From a virus (lineage: Duplodnaviria; Caudoviricetes), in IMG/VR virus record IMGVR_UViG_3300043159_000017, positions 1 to 59,388 of that record: a stretch of 59,388 nucleotides of DNA; one strand, 5' to 3'. The notes beneath the pieces were generated by a model, which was given only the letters and a program-made list of their open reading frames with translations, was not told the origin of the DNA and made no database searches. Both the position numbers and the translations under genes were made by a program. Of this stretch, positions 8,995 through 19,155 are shown piece by piece. The stretch's first letter is position 1, and each line of letters starts with the position of its first letter.

Positions 8995-10089
8995 TCAGGC
9001 CCCCTGCGTGTACATCGATGCGGGCATGATGCCGGTCGGCGTGTTCACGTAAGGGATGCTCGAGTTGCTGCCGATCATGTTGCCGAGCGTGTTGGAGCCG
9101 CCGAACAAACTTGCTCCCGTGCCGAGCCCGATGCCGGTGCCGAGGCCGGAGAAGGCGGAGCCAAGCAGCGACCCGGCCAGATTCCAGCCGGCGTTGTTGG
9201 GCTGCTGCGTCTGCGTGGTGATCGGCTGGCTCTGGTATGAGGACGAGAGCGTCTGGTTGAGCGCGGGCAATTGATACTGGTAGGGCCCGAGCAAATTCTG
9301 CAGCTGCTGGTTATAGGCCGCGTTCATCTGCTGCTGGGTGTTCTGCTGCTGCTGGGTGCCGGCCTGGTTGAGCGCCTGGGCGAGGTCGAGCCCGGTGCCG
9401 GTCGTGTACTGCGAGAGGTTGGTGAGCGCGTTGCCGGAACCGAGCATGTTCTGCAGCCGCTGCTGGCGCAGCGCCGCGTTGGTGGTCTGGGCGTTCATCA
9501 AGTTGGAGACGTCGACCCCGCGCAAATTTGCCGCGTTCTGGAACGCGTTCTGATAGGCCTGCCCGGTCGCCTGGCCGGCGGCGAGCATGGCGTCGTAGTC
9601 GGTCTGCGCGTTCTGGATGCCCTGGCGCGTGTCCCCGAAGGCGCCCGCCGCGGTCGCCTGGCTGCCGACCCCGCCGGCGCCGGTCAAGGCGATGTCGGCC
9701 TGGCGCGAGATCGCCGCGAGCGTCGGGTTGAGCTCGAATTGCAGGTTGGGATCGACGTATTGGGAGAGCGAAGCGGTCGCCGGGTTGACGTTGCCGCCGA
9801 GCACGCTCGGCAGGCTGACGCTCATGGCCGGCGCCGAACCGTAGCTGGCGTAATCGTTGGCGATCGTGTTGTAGAACGGGTTGTTGGCGTTCGGCGCCGA
9901 GGCGAGGTTGCCGATCTGGCCGAAGGCCTGGCTCTGCTGCGGGGTGAAACCGGCAATGCCCTGCAGCGGCGCGCTGAAGGGATTGCCGGCGAGGCTTTGG
10001 GCGAACGACAGATTGTTCTGCCCCGCCGCCTGGATGACGCCGGACGGGGTCGTCGTTTGCTGGTTCGTGGTGGTCATGCCGAAGCACAT
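8995..10089 (-). CDS. Putative DNA ejection (pilot) protein
   Basis: Gln/Ala/Gly-rich, AGAFGDTRQG motif, glycine-rich hydrophobic C-terminus. Confidence 0.65.
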   Translation of the reverse strand: MCFGMTTTNQQTTTPSGVIQAAGQNNLSFAQSLAGNPFSAPLQGIAGFTPQQSQAFGQIGNLASAPNANNPFYNTIANDYASYGSAPAMSVSLPSVLGGNVNPATASLSQYVDPNLQFELNPTLAAISRQADIALTGAGGVGSQATAAGAFGDTRQGIQNAQTDYDAMLAAGQATGQAYQNAFQNAANLRGVDVSNLMNAQTTNAALRQQRLQNMLGSGNALTNLSQYTTGTGLDLAQALNQAGTQQQQNTQQQMNAAYNQQLQNLLGPYQYQLPALNQTLSSSYQSQPITTQTQQPNNAGWNLAGSLLGSAFSGLGTGIGLGTGASLFGGSNTLGNMIGSNSSIPYVNTPTGIMPASMYTQGA

Positions 10090-10133
10090 GGCGCTCGCTC
10101 CGCAAGCGAGCGAATAGCGAATAGTTGTTCCCC

Positions 10134-10210
10134 GTAGCCCGGATGGAGCGGCGCAGCCGCGCAATCCGGGGCGGCTTTCCCCGCATTCCGCTGCGCTCCA
10201 TGCGGGCTAC
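10134..10210. repeat. GTAG-family REP doublet
   Basis: GTAGCCCGGATGGAGCG...CGCTCCATGCGGGCTAC. Confidence 0.85.
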
Positions 10211-10829
10211 GATCTATTCGCTGTTCGCCGCTCTCCTAACAGAAGTGGTTTGACGAACGTCACCGCCGCCGTGGTCCGGCGCTGCTTGAGGTTCACGATC
10301 AGCGGCACGCCGACTTGACGTGCTATCGCATCGCCTTCGGCGAGGAGTCGTGGACCGGCCCAGCGATGGCCGGGCAGCGTGAAGAACCAGCGGTCGGTGA
10401 AGAAGTGGTCGTCGCCGTACCACCAGGGCACGAAGATGGCGCCGAGCGTGCCGACGAGTTCTCCGTCTTCGAGCGCGATGAGGGCAAAGCCGTAGTCGCC
10501 CCGTTTGACCACGCGCCACACCTCGGCGATCGACTTCTCGCCGTTGATCGGACAGTGCAGCACGGGCCGCGCGACCGTGCACAGGAAGCGGTGGATGGCG
10601 ACGACGTCGGCGTCCGACGAGGCGGCGCGGATGAAATGGCCGGCGCGGCCTGTCGGTTCCCCTCCCCCCGCGCGCGAAGCGCGTGGCGGGGAGGGGTCAG
10701 GGGTGGGGGGCGCTTGCGCAAAAGAAAGCGCCCCCACCCGGCTCCCCCGGGTCAAGCCCGGGGTCGCCACCCTCCCCGCGCTCGCTCCGCTCGCGGGGGA
10801 GGGAAAGCCGTCGGGCCGCGCGGCCCCAT
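10207..10829 (-). CDS. GNAT-fold-like podophage tail-region protein; 5' end disturbed by a palindromic insert
   Basis: IRAA..D...GELVG.LG...WWY...DRWFF.LP.HR..G..LL pattern; start uncertain. Confidence 0.55.
10643..10822. repeat. Long palindromic repeat (CCCTCCCC...GGGGAGGG family)
   Basis: Inverted termini; relatives at ~5470, ~14860, ~29720-29858, ~52150-52290. Confidence 0.75.
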
Positions 10830-11095
10830 TAGGTCGGCCCTGTCCGCTTGACCCCGCGGGCGCGGAAGTCGGCGATGAGGGTGGCGATGACCGCTGCGAG
10901 GTTTTGCGTCGTCGGCGCCGTGACAAGGACCTGCCTCGTTGTGGTTGGGGTCGTGTCGGACGAGTAGCTGTCGAAGATCTGCGCCGGCTCCTCCTGGGAC
11001 GCCCGCTCGATCGTCTGCAGGCACGCCCGGATCCAGGCGAACTGCGCCGCCGGATCGGATCCCGGCGGCGACGGCGGCAAGGTGATGGGTTTCAT
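10829..11095 (-). CDS. Small phage tail-region protein
   Basis: 88 aa, co-oriented with the late operon. Confidence 0.6.
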   Translation of the reverse strand: MKPITLPPSPPGSDPAAQFAWIRACLQTIERASQEEPAQIFDSYSSDTTPTTTRQVLVTAPTTQNLAAVIATLIADFRARGVKRTGPT

Positions 11096-11327
11096 GACAG
11101 TGCCTTCGGCCGGAAAGTGGGTTGATAAAAGAGTTCAGGCCGCCGACTTTTCAGGTCCGGCGTTGCACTGTTTGGACTTATTGCCGCGTCCAGGCCTAAA
11201 TCAGCTACCGGAGTCGTGCGAACTACGTCCGCTATCCGGGGCAATCTGGACTAGATATGCTCGGTCGGCGCGGAACCGGAGACTCGGTCCGCCCGTCGCC
11301 GTTGCAATCGTCAGTGTCGACGAGCCT

Positions 11328-14129
11328 CTAGCTGGTATGTATCACCTGGGGCTGCCAGATGCTCGACACCGTGCCAATCACGCTGCCGCCGGTGACATGG
11401 TCGTTGGCGATCAGCCAGGTCTCAACCTGACCGGTCGTGGTGTTGCGCCACACGACATCGCTGGTGCCGTTGCCAGTGAGGTCGCCGATGCCCGCAAGCT
11501 GCCACGCGCTCGACATGGTGCCCAACGCGGTGCCTCCGGTCATCTGGCCGTTGGTCATGAGCCAAGTGTCGACCTCGCCGGTCGAGGTGTTGCGCCATAG
11601 AATGTCGCTGGTGCCGTCGCCGTTGAAATCACCGGTTCCGAGCGACTGCCACACGCTCGACGCGTGGCCGATCGCCGTGCCGCCGTTGACCTGGTCGTTG
11701 CTGATCAGCCAGGTATCGACCTCGCCGGTCGTGGTGTTGTGCCATAGCACGTCGCTGGTGCCGTCATTGTTGAAGTCGCCGATGCCCGCGAACTGCCAGG
11801 CGCTCGACACGGTGCCCAACGCGGCGCCTCCGGTCATCTGGCCATTGTTCATAAGCCAGGTGTCGACCTCACCGGTCGAGGTGTTGCGCCACAGAATGTC
11901 GCTGGTGCCGTCGGCGTTGAAATCGCCGGTTCCCAGCGGCTGCCACACGCTCGACGCGTGGCCGATCGCGCTGCCGCCGGTGAGTTGGCCGTTGGTGATC
12001 AACCAGGTATCGACCTCGCCGGACGGGACGTTCTGCCACAGCACGTCGCTGGTGCCGTTGCCGGTGAAGTCGCCGGTCCCGGCGAACTGCCAGGCAGTCG
12101 ACAGCGTGCTTAACGCCGCGCCTCCGGTCATCTGCCCATTATTGATCAGCCAGGTATCGACTTCGCCCGTCGCCACCTTGGTCTGTTGGGACCGCCACAG
12201 CAGATCGGAGATCCCGTCCCCGTTGAAGTCGTTCGGGTGCAAGGCTCTGAGGCGGAGGTCGACGCCACTCACCGGATCGGCCGTTACCGAGAAAGGCAGC
12301 GTCGGCGCATTCGCAAGCGTGACCGTGTCAAAGGTGGCGCTTGCCGCCGTGTTCGGGTCGAAGCTCAAGGTCGTGCCGGAGAAGTGGAACGAGAAATGCG
12401 CCGGGTCGGCGTCGGTGATGACGATCTCGTCGCCGTGCTCGAGATCGGTGATCGTGTCGCCGTTGAGGTCCAGGGCCGTGGACCTGAAGACGTTGGCGCC
12501 GGCGCCGCCCGAGAGCGTGTCGACCCCGGCTCCGCCGCTGATCGTGTCGTTGCCGGCGCCGCCGGTGAACGTATCCCCGCCGTCGTTGCCCTGGAATGTG
12601 TCGCCGAGGTCGTTGCCGTGAACCGTCACGGGCACACCCTGGCCCGGCGCGTAGTCGGCGAGCATGATTGTGTGCACGCCGGTGCTTGCGAGCGTCAGCG
12701 TGATGCCGGTGGCGGCCTGCAGCGGCTCGAAGGTGAGGTTGTCGACCCCGACGGTGACGCTGGCCGACCCGATGTCCGTGACGACGATATCGCCGGGCTG
12801 GGCGGCATTGACGGCGCTCTGCAGGGTCTGGAAGCCGCCCACGTCCTGTCCCTGATTGTCCACGAGGTCGTAGGTCTGGCCGTTGATGACGACCCTCTCG
12901 ATGCCGGTCAGCCTGTCGGTGACCGCGCCGTTGGTGACCACCCATTGGTTGGTCTGAATGGCGACGTGGTAGCCCGCGCCGTAACCTTGGACGGTATCGA
13001 CGCCGCCGTTGCCGACAAACGTATTGCCGTTGGGGGCGCCGCCCATCACCGTGAATACGTCGTTGTTGGTGCTGCCTTCCAGATCGTCCGGTCCACCGGT
13101 GCCGGTGACCGTCCAGGCGTTCGTTGACGTGGGGTCGGGGAAGAAAAAATAATTCAGCGCATTCCCGGTGTAAGTGTTGTTGTCCTGGACGAGCGCTGTG
13201 TTGAATGCGCCGAACGAGCCGTCATCGGCGAGAGCAAAACCTTGATCGGTTATGGTGTTGCCCTCGGCGGTCGGCGCGTCGACGCCCAGGAAATAAATAC
13301 CCGCGCTATTCACGTTGCCGGCAAGGCCTGTCACGGTATTGTTGCTGACCGTCACTCCGCTGCCGGACTGGAATATGATAACGCCGTTCGAGCCAAAATT
13401 TGCATCGCTGACCCCGGTAACTTGGTTCTGTGTGATCGAGCCGGTTGCGCCGAGTTCTAACTCGATGAGGTTCTGCGAAAGATTGGTGGGATTCGCACCA
13501 ACCCCGGTGACGGTGTTATTGTTCACGTTGGCGGTCAGCCCCGCCCCTTCCATCCGGATACCGTCTCTCTGGAAGTTGTCGACCGTCGAGCCGCTTATCG
13601 TGAACGTCTGCGTCGAGCTGTTTGTGTCGTTAACGATGATGCCCGCGTTGCCCTGGCCGCCTTGCAGCACTCCCGACTCGACGTCCTCGGTGCCGGTGAC
13701 GTGGACGTTGCTGACACTGAGGCTCGAGTTCACCCCCTCGATGCCGATAAGGTCGCCGCCGCCGTTGGCACCGAGGGCGTAGATCACGCCTTGATTGTTT
13801 CCATTGACCGTCAGATTACTGACCGTGACGCTGGCGCCGTTCTCGGCGCCGACCAGCGCATCGGTGAAGGTATGATTCTCGCCGGGGTTCTGTATGTTGG
13901 AAACGAGACTGGTGTAGTCAGGTGAAAGAATGACCGTCTGGCTCGGGTCTGCGCCCGTGCCCTCGATCGTGAGGTTCGTCAAGCCGTTGACGGTGACCTG
14001 TTCCTGGTAGGTGCCGGGGGCGACTTGAATGGTGTCGCCGTTGGCTGCCGCGTTCACGGCGGCCTGGATAGTCGAGAACGATCCGATGGGATTGTTTGAT
14101 GTGTCGAAAAGCGTGACGGGAAGAGTCAT
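11328..14129 (-). CDS. Large surface/secreted protein: beta-helix + RTX Ca-binding repeats + FG-GAP/VCBS repeats
   Basis: TIQAAVNAA..GDTIQVAPGTY, GGAGNDTIS/GGAGVDTLS, about six GDFNGDGTSDILWRN repeats. Confidence 0.9.
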   Translation of the reverse strand: MTLPVTLFDTSNNPIGSFSTIQAAVNAAANGDTIQVAPGTYQEQVTVNGLTNLTIEGTGADPSQTVILSPDYTSLVSNIQNPGENHTFTDALVGAENGASVTVSNLTVNGNNQGVIYALGANGGGDLIGIEGVNSSLSVSNVHVTGTEDVESGVLQGGQGNAGIIVNDTNSSTQTFTISGSTVDNFQRDGIRMEGAGLTANVNNNTVTGVGANPTNLSQNLIELELGATGSITQNQVTGVSDANFGSNGVIIFQSGSGVTVSNNTVTGLAGNVNSAGIYFLGVDAPTAEGNTITDQGFALADDGSFGAFNTALVQDNNTYTGNALNYFFFPDPTSTNAWTVTGTGGPDDLEGSTNNDVFTVMGGAPNGNTFVGNGGVDTVQGYGAGYHVAIQTNQWVVTNGAVTDRLTGIERVVINGQTYDLVDNQGQDVGGFQTLQSAVNAAQPGDIVVTDIGSASVTVGVDNLTFEPLQAATGITLTLASTGVHTIMLADYAPGQGVPVTVHGNDLGDTFQGNDGGDTFTGGAGNDTISGGAGVDTLSGGAGANVFRSTALDLNGDTITDLEHGDEIVITDADPAHFSFHFSGTTLSFDPNTAASATFDTVTLANAPTLPFSVTADPVSGVDLRLRALHPNDFNGDGISDLLWRSQQTKVATGEVDTWLINNGQMTGGAALSTLSTAWQFAGTGDFTGNGTSDVLWQNVPSGEVDTWLITNGQLTGGSAIGHASSVWQPLGTGDFNADGTSDILWRNTSTGEVDTWLMNNGQMTGGAALGTVSSAWQFAGIGDFNNDGTSDVLWHNTTTGEVDTWLISNDQVNGGTAIGHASSVWQSLGTGDFNGDGTSDILWRNTSTGEVDTWLMTNGQMTGGTALGTMSSAWQLAGIGDLTGNGTSDVVWRNTTTGQVETWLIANDHVTGGSVIGTVSSIWQPQVIHTS

Positions 14130-14928
14130 TAAGGTTGCTTCCTCAGTTGTTTTATCGAAAAACTCGCTCCGACGATGGCCGGCCGAGCGTCCAAAATAGT
14201 GCCCTCAGGCGATCAAGGTCGTCAATCGCTTGAGCGGACTATCCGTGAATATTCCGAAGGTATCGAAACATTCGCTAATTCAACTGCGAAATGAAATGCA
14301 CCGAACTTCCGATGGCATCTTTTGCGCGGTTCGGCCAATCGTGCCTGCGCACTGATGGGCACTGTTATGGGTCATTCTGAGACGTGCCGGGCAAAGTTCT
14401 ACCGGGCGGTACGCCGATCGATTGACCTTTGATGTTCACCGAGAGGGTACGACGCCCGGTGCGTAGCGCTGCTGCGGCCCGACGACATCCACCGCATGCT
14501 CTCGCCGCAGGAGGCGCAGGGGCTGCCTGGCTACCGGGAATCGCTCATTGATCGGGCTCAATTTTCTGGGCCGTGCGAGCGGCCGGACGCACTCAATGTC
14601 CGTTGTTGTGAAGGGCTTCGGATGCCGGCCCCCATGTCCGCGTTGCGTCCGGTATCCTGCCTATTGCGGACGTCGTGGCTGAACTCGCCGCGCATCGCGG
14701 GGCCAGCCGTCCCGTCTCCCTCACACGCCAGAGCATCTTTCGTTCCTTCGGAATCGGGACATGCTCTAGAAAGTATTGATTGGCGCAGGTTCTTATCGGC
14801 GAACCGGGACCCACTTCGCCGGAACATACGCTAGAGGCCGCTGCCTCTATCCTGCCTTTGCCCCCACCCCTGACCCACGCGCTTCGCGCGCGGGGGGAGG
14901 GGAACCGAGAGGCTGAGCGGCGCCCCCG

Positions 14929-14944
14929 TTAACAGCCCGTTCAC
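14929..14944 (+). promoter_or_regulatory. Possible CtrA box
   Basis: TTAA-CAGCCCG-TTCAC, one mismatch to TTAA-N7-TTAAC, ~50 bp upstream of 14995. Confidence 0.45.
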
Positions 14945-14994
14945 CATCTGTTGGTAAATATCGGCGGTCTTTACGCTTTCGAAAGGTTCGACCG

Positions 14995-15510
14995 ATGTCG
15001 CAGGACCCCACCCACTGGCTGCGCGGGCACATGCGCGAGCATCTCGCCGGCTCGGCCGCCGAGGCGCCCGGGAAGGTGGTGAACCTGGATCGCCCGGCCC
15101 CGGGCGCCGCGCGCGGCCGCGGCGCCGCCGCGCTCGAGCTTGTCTATCAGGCGGCCGAGGCCATCACCGACATCGAGGATCGCGCCAACGATACCGAAGC
15201 GCGCGCGAAGTCGCTCGTGCGCAGCGCCATCGAGAAGCTGCACGCGGCGGAAGCCCGCGTCGAGTCGGCGGAGACCGCGCGCCGCGAGGCGATGAATGAA
15301 ACCGCCGCGCGGCTGCAGGAGGCGGTCGAGGCGCTCAAACGCGCGGAAGGGCGGGTTGCCGCCGCGGAAGCGGAGGCGTTTGCCGCCGCGACCCGGGCGC
15401 AAGCGGCCGAGGCGCGGGCGGTCGACGCGGAAGCCGCGCTCAGGAACATCGAGCACGCGATCCGCACCAAGCTGCTGCGCGAGGCGCAGGCACGGTCGGC
15501 GGCCGCATAG
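14995..15510 (+). CDS. Ala-rich coiled-coil hypothetical protein (host-like)
   Basis: 171 aa heptad-rich ORF with high-GC codon usage. Confidence 0.75.
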   Translation: MSQDPTHWLRGHMREHLAGSAAEAPGKVVNLDRPAPGAARGRGAAALELVYQAAEAITDIEDRANDTEARAKSLVRSAIEKLHAAEARVESAETARREAMNETAARLQEAVEALKRAEGRVAAAEAEAFAAATRAQAAEARAVDAEAALRNIEHAIRTKLLREAQARSAAA

Positions 15511-15556
15511 CCAGTGATCAGTGATCAGTGATCAGTGATCAGTGATCAGTGATCAG
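15511..15556. repeat. Tandem heptamer (CAGTGAT)n
   Basis: Six tandem copies. Confidence 0.9.
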
Positions 15557-15596
15557 AAGTATGCGTGTAATTTCCGATCTGATAACCGGTCACTGA

Positions 15597-16076
15597 TTAC
15601 TGAGTCCTTCTTTTCCTGCCCCGCCGCGTCCCCCCGTTGCGAGACGCCGCCGTCGCGGCGCCCTCGACCATTTGCACGATGCTCTCGCGCAGGCCCGCGG
15701 GCTTGTTGGGAATGGCGGAAAACGCCTTGAGCAGCCGCAAGGCGCCGATGCGGCCGAGCATGCCCACCGCCTCGGAAAATTTGGCCTGATCCTTCGGATT
15801 GACCGCGGCCGCCGGCGCCGCCTTCCTGTTCGCCCCCAACAGGTACGTCACCTGCACGCCGAGCGTGCGCCCGATGCGCGTCAGCCGCCCCATGGAAATG
15901 CGGTTGGCCCCGCTCTCGTATTTCTGCACCTGCTGGAACGTGACGCCGATCTGGTTTCCGAGCTCGGTTTGCGACAGGCCGCGCGCAATGCGTTGAACGC
16001 GCACCAATCGTCCGACCTCGACGTCGACGTTGTCGGGTCTCCGTGGATCTCGTGCTTCGGCCGCCATCGAAAGCAT
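15597..16076 (-). CDS. XRE-family HTH transcriptional regulator
   Basis: DVEVG..VR..R..RGLSQTELG..IGVTFQQVQKYESGANRIS. Confidence 0.9.
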   Translation of the reverse strand: MLSMAAEARDPRRPDNVDVEVGRLVRVQRIARGLSQTELGNQIGVTFQQVQKYESGANRISMGRLTRIGRTLGVQVTYLLGANRKAAPAAAVNPKDQAKFSEAVGMLGRIGALRLLKAFSAIPNKPAGLRESIVQMVEGAATAASRNGGTRRGRKRRTQ

Positions 16077-16598
16077 CCCTCTTGTTGCCACAACCTGTTG
16101 TTTTGCCGCGGCCGGAACGCCATCCGGACGCGCCTTCCCGACTCATGCGAGCGGAAACAGACGCCTCCGATAGCACATGTCCGCGGCAGTAACGAGCGCG
16201 CAATAATACGGGGGCGCTTGCCCTGCACGAGCGTTTTTATCAATCGAGGGTTCCGGGAACGGAAGCGCGGCATAACGCATATGAATTGAGTAGAAATCCC
16301 GCGAGCCGCGCGCGCGGCGGTCGCGACAACTTAGACTAATTGACGCAAGGGAACCTGCCACCGGGTATCAGGCGCGCAGGCGGGCGAAATCGCCCGGTTC
16401 CGCGCCCGCATTAACTATGCGGATGGGAGGTGCGCTCGGGAGGCCGGGAACGCCTGGACACCCCTGCGGCAACCGGACAAGGTAAATGAAAGATGAACGG
16501 ATAACCGACGACAGAGGACGGACCAAGGACAGACGCCAGGCCGCGCGGGTCTCCTTCCATCCGCTGTCGTCTGTCCTCTGCTGCAAAGGAATACCGGT

Positions 16599-17060
16599 AT
16601 GAACAAGAGGAAGGCGTTCTCGCACCGCGCTGCCGTCGCCGTGCTGGCCGGCATGCTTATCGTTCCGGCCGGCGCGCTCGCGCGCGGCGGCGGCCACGGG
16701 TTCGGCGGCGGCCTTCACGTCGGCCCGGTGTTCGGTTTTCCGCATCGCATCGCGCCCCACTTCGGGCACGGCTTTGCGCGGCGCTGGCCGGCACGGTTCG
16801 CGTGGCGTTTCCACCGCTGGAATTTCCACCGGTTCGCGCTGCATAACGGCAACGGCGCGGGCGCGGCCTATCCGTTCTCCGACGCCGGCGCCGCCTACGT
16901 TCCGAGCGACGTCACCGGGGCGATCGGCGCGCCGGAACCTGCAGCGGTGTTCGCCCCGCCAGCGCCCGCGTCCGCCGACCACATCGGCTGCCAGTCGCAC
17001 GGCTACGACGTGCCGGGCGAAAGCGGCGGCGTCGTCAAGGTGACGGTGACGCGGTGTTGA
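16599..17060 (+). CDS. Secreted Gly/His/Phe-rich hypothetical protein (host-like)
   Basis: Signal peptide, RGGGHGFGG, C-terminal C...VP...GG...VTVTRC. Confidence 0.75.
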   Translation: MNKRKAFSHRAAVAVLAGMLIVPAGALARGGGHGFGGGLHVGPVFGFPHRIAPHFGHGFARRWPARFAWRFHRWNFHRFALHNGNGAGAAYPFSDAGAAYVPSDVTGAIGAPEPAAVFAPPAPASADHIGCQSHGYDVPGESGGVVKVTVTRC

Positions 17061-17066
17061 GAGGGA

Positions 17067-17285
17067 GCGAATAGCGAGTAGTGAGCAGTGAGTAGCGAAT
17101 AGCGAGTAGCGAATAGTGAAGCGGGCGCGCTGCGCTTCTTTCTATTCGCTATTCGCTATCCGCTATTCGTAGGGCGCAATAGCGCAGCGTATTGCGCCGT
17201 TTTCTGGCGATCCGTCGCGGACTGCGCTCGACGACGGATCGCTTGCGGCGCATTACGCGGCCGATCGGCCGCTAATGCGCCCTAC
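17067..17285. repeat. Inverted GCGAATA heptamer array followed by a GTAG REP doublet
   Basis: gcgaatagcgagtag.../ctattcgctattcgc then GTAGGGCGCAATAG...TAATGCGCCCTAC. Confidence 0.85.
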
Positions 17286-19114
17286 CGCCGCAGCCCCAGC
17301 GGCTTGACGTAGGCCTGCGGCACGCCCCAGCGGAAGTATGAGCCGAGCGCGGCGGACGAGATCGACAGGCTGAGGTAGCGGCCGGAGGAATGCCAGTCGA
17401 TGAGCTGGTCGCCGGGCGAGACGGTCTCGGTCTCGCTGTCCTCCGGCGCGGCGTCGCCCAGGCGGTCGTAGGTCGACAACGTGAAGGTGATGGTCCCGGC
17501 CTGGTCCTTGAAATCGCTCTCGATGCCGTCGATCTCGCACACCGAGAGCGACTTATCGAGGGCGAACGGCGCCAAGGTGAGGTTCCACGGCAAAGCAACA
17601 CCGTTGGCGTCGTTGCCGTTGTCGTGCTGGTAGCCGTAGCCGTCGACGTCGAAGGCGATCACCCGCGTGTCGCCCTGCTGGAAGTGGGTGCCCGAGCAGC
17701 GGGTGCCGCCGGCCGTGCCCGGCGCCCAGCACTGGTCGTTGATGTGGTAGCGCGCCAAGAGCGTCGGGTTGGCATTGCCGCTCGTCGTATAGTGGAAGTC
17801 GATGCGGTTGTACTTCGGCACGTATATGGCGTGGCACTGGTAGGTGCCGATCAGCTTGTCGACCGCATCGAACACCGCCTTGCGGATATCCTCGACGTTG
17901 TAGATCGGGTGCACCGAGCCGTCGTACATGAAGAAATTGTCGAACCCCATCCAATAGGCGATGCCGTTGACGGTCACCGCGGCGCCGGGCGAGATCAGCC
18001 CGCACTCGGTCGCGAGGATCGAGGTGTTGTAGACGTAGAGGCTGCCGGTCCATTGCATCAGGTACGCCGCGGCGTCCGACCAGATGAGCGAGAGGAACGG
18101 CCCGAGCACGCGGCCGGCGACGAGCTTGGTGCCGACCGTGAGCGTGCGCGAGTTCGCCGTGTTCTGCGCGGTCGGCGTCCAGGTGGTGTAATCGCCCTGC
18201 GAGCACCACTGGATCACCATGCCGGTCAGGAGTGCGACGACGAAGCGCTCCTGCGTCACGAACATGAACCGGCAGGTGGTCGGCGCCTCGGCGTCCGCCG
18301 AGGCGAGCGCGGCGCGCGGCCACGGTTGCGCTTGCGTGGGGTCGAACAGGTAGATCGCGCCGGTGTTGTAGGTCGCGAGCAGGAGCTGGCCGAAGTGGTC
18401 GAACGACCACACCCGCGGCTCGAAGAAGATCGAGGAGCCGGAGCGCGGCGAGCCGTAGGTGCTCGAGCCGTAGGGCCCGACGCCGAAGCCGGTGCCCTGG
18501 CTGCCGAGCTCGGTGCCGACCGTGATCTCGTATTGGTATTGCACCGTGCCGCCGCCGGTCGCGGCCGAGGTGGCGGCGACCCCGCAGTCGAACACGTAAT
18601 GGTTGGCGTCGGTGACCGAGAGCACCAGGAAGGTCCCGGTGAGCTGGCCCGCGGTGAGCCCGCCGACGCCCGAGCCGACCGAAGTGAAGATCACCGTGTC
18701 GCCCACGCCCACGCCGTGGCCGGTGTCGGCGACGGAGACTTGCGACTGCGTCCCCGCGGTCGTGTTGGTGGTGAACGGGTTGGTGAGCGCCGCGCCGCCG
18801 GCCAGCCCCGCCGAGGTGCGGCGGAACGGGGTCACGTCGTTCTGCGCCAGGTTCGTGTCGTAGACGTAGAGCTTGCGATAGGTGCCGACGGCGATGAACT
18901 CGTTCGCCTGGTTGTCGCGCCAGGCGTGGCTGGCACGCGGCTGGCCGGAGGTCGGGGTCGCGGTCTGGCGCACCCAGCCGCCGATCTTCTGCGGCATGCC
19001 GCGCACGAAGTGGATGGCGTCGCACGCGGTCCACCGCCCCGCCGCCGTCTTGCCGGTCTCGGTGACCACCACGCCCGGCGGCGGGGTGATGGGAAGGGGG
19101 ATCGGCTGCGCCAT
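17282..19114 (-). CDS. Tail hub / DNA stabilization protein (P22 gp10-like)
   Basis: 610 aa beta-propeller-like; PQKIGGW, WSFDHFGQ, IQWCSQGD, CGLI, YWMG; follows adaptor and fibre. Confidence 0.75.
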   Translation of the reverse strand: MAQPIPLPITPPPGVVVTETGKTAAGRWTACDAIHFVRGMPQKIGGWVRQTATPTSGQPRASHAWRDNQANEFIAVGTYRKLYVYDTNLAQNDVTPFRRTSAGLAGGAALTNPFTTNTTAGTQSQVSVADTGHGVGVGDTVIFTSVGSGVGGLTAGQLTGTFLVLSVTDANHYVFDCGVAATSAATGGGTVQYQYEITVGTELGSQGTGFGVGPYGSSTYGSPRSGSSIFFEPRVWSFDHFGQLLLATYNTGAIYLFDPTQAQPWPRAALASADAEAPTTCRFMFVTQERFVVALLTGMVIQWCSQGDYTTWTPTAQNTANSRTLTVGTKLVAGRVLGPFLSLIWSDAAAYLMQWTGSLYVYNTSILATECGLISPGAAVTVNGIAYWMGFDNFFMYDGSVHPIYNVEDIRKAVFDAVDKLIGTYQCHAIYVPKYNRIDFHYTTSGNANPTLLARYHINDQCWAPGTAGGTRCSGTHFQQGDTRVIAFDVDGYGYQHDNGNDANGVALPWNLTLAPFALDKSLSVCEIDGIESDFKDQAGTITFTLSTYDRLGDAAPEDSETETVSPGDQLIDWHSSGRYLSLSISSAALGSYFRWGVPQAYVKPLGLRR

Positions 19115-19155
19115 CGATTCGACTTCACGGCATGGTTGCGATAGTGCTCACGGGC

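Noticed and set aside
14496-14834. ORFs on both strands here and at 54284-54702
   Set aside because: Largely translations of a host palindromic repeat also present at ~38918-38962 and ~55845-55934
15511-15556. Heptamer runs as CRISPR repeats
   Set aside because: Pure tandem repeats without spacers
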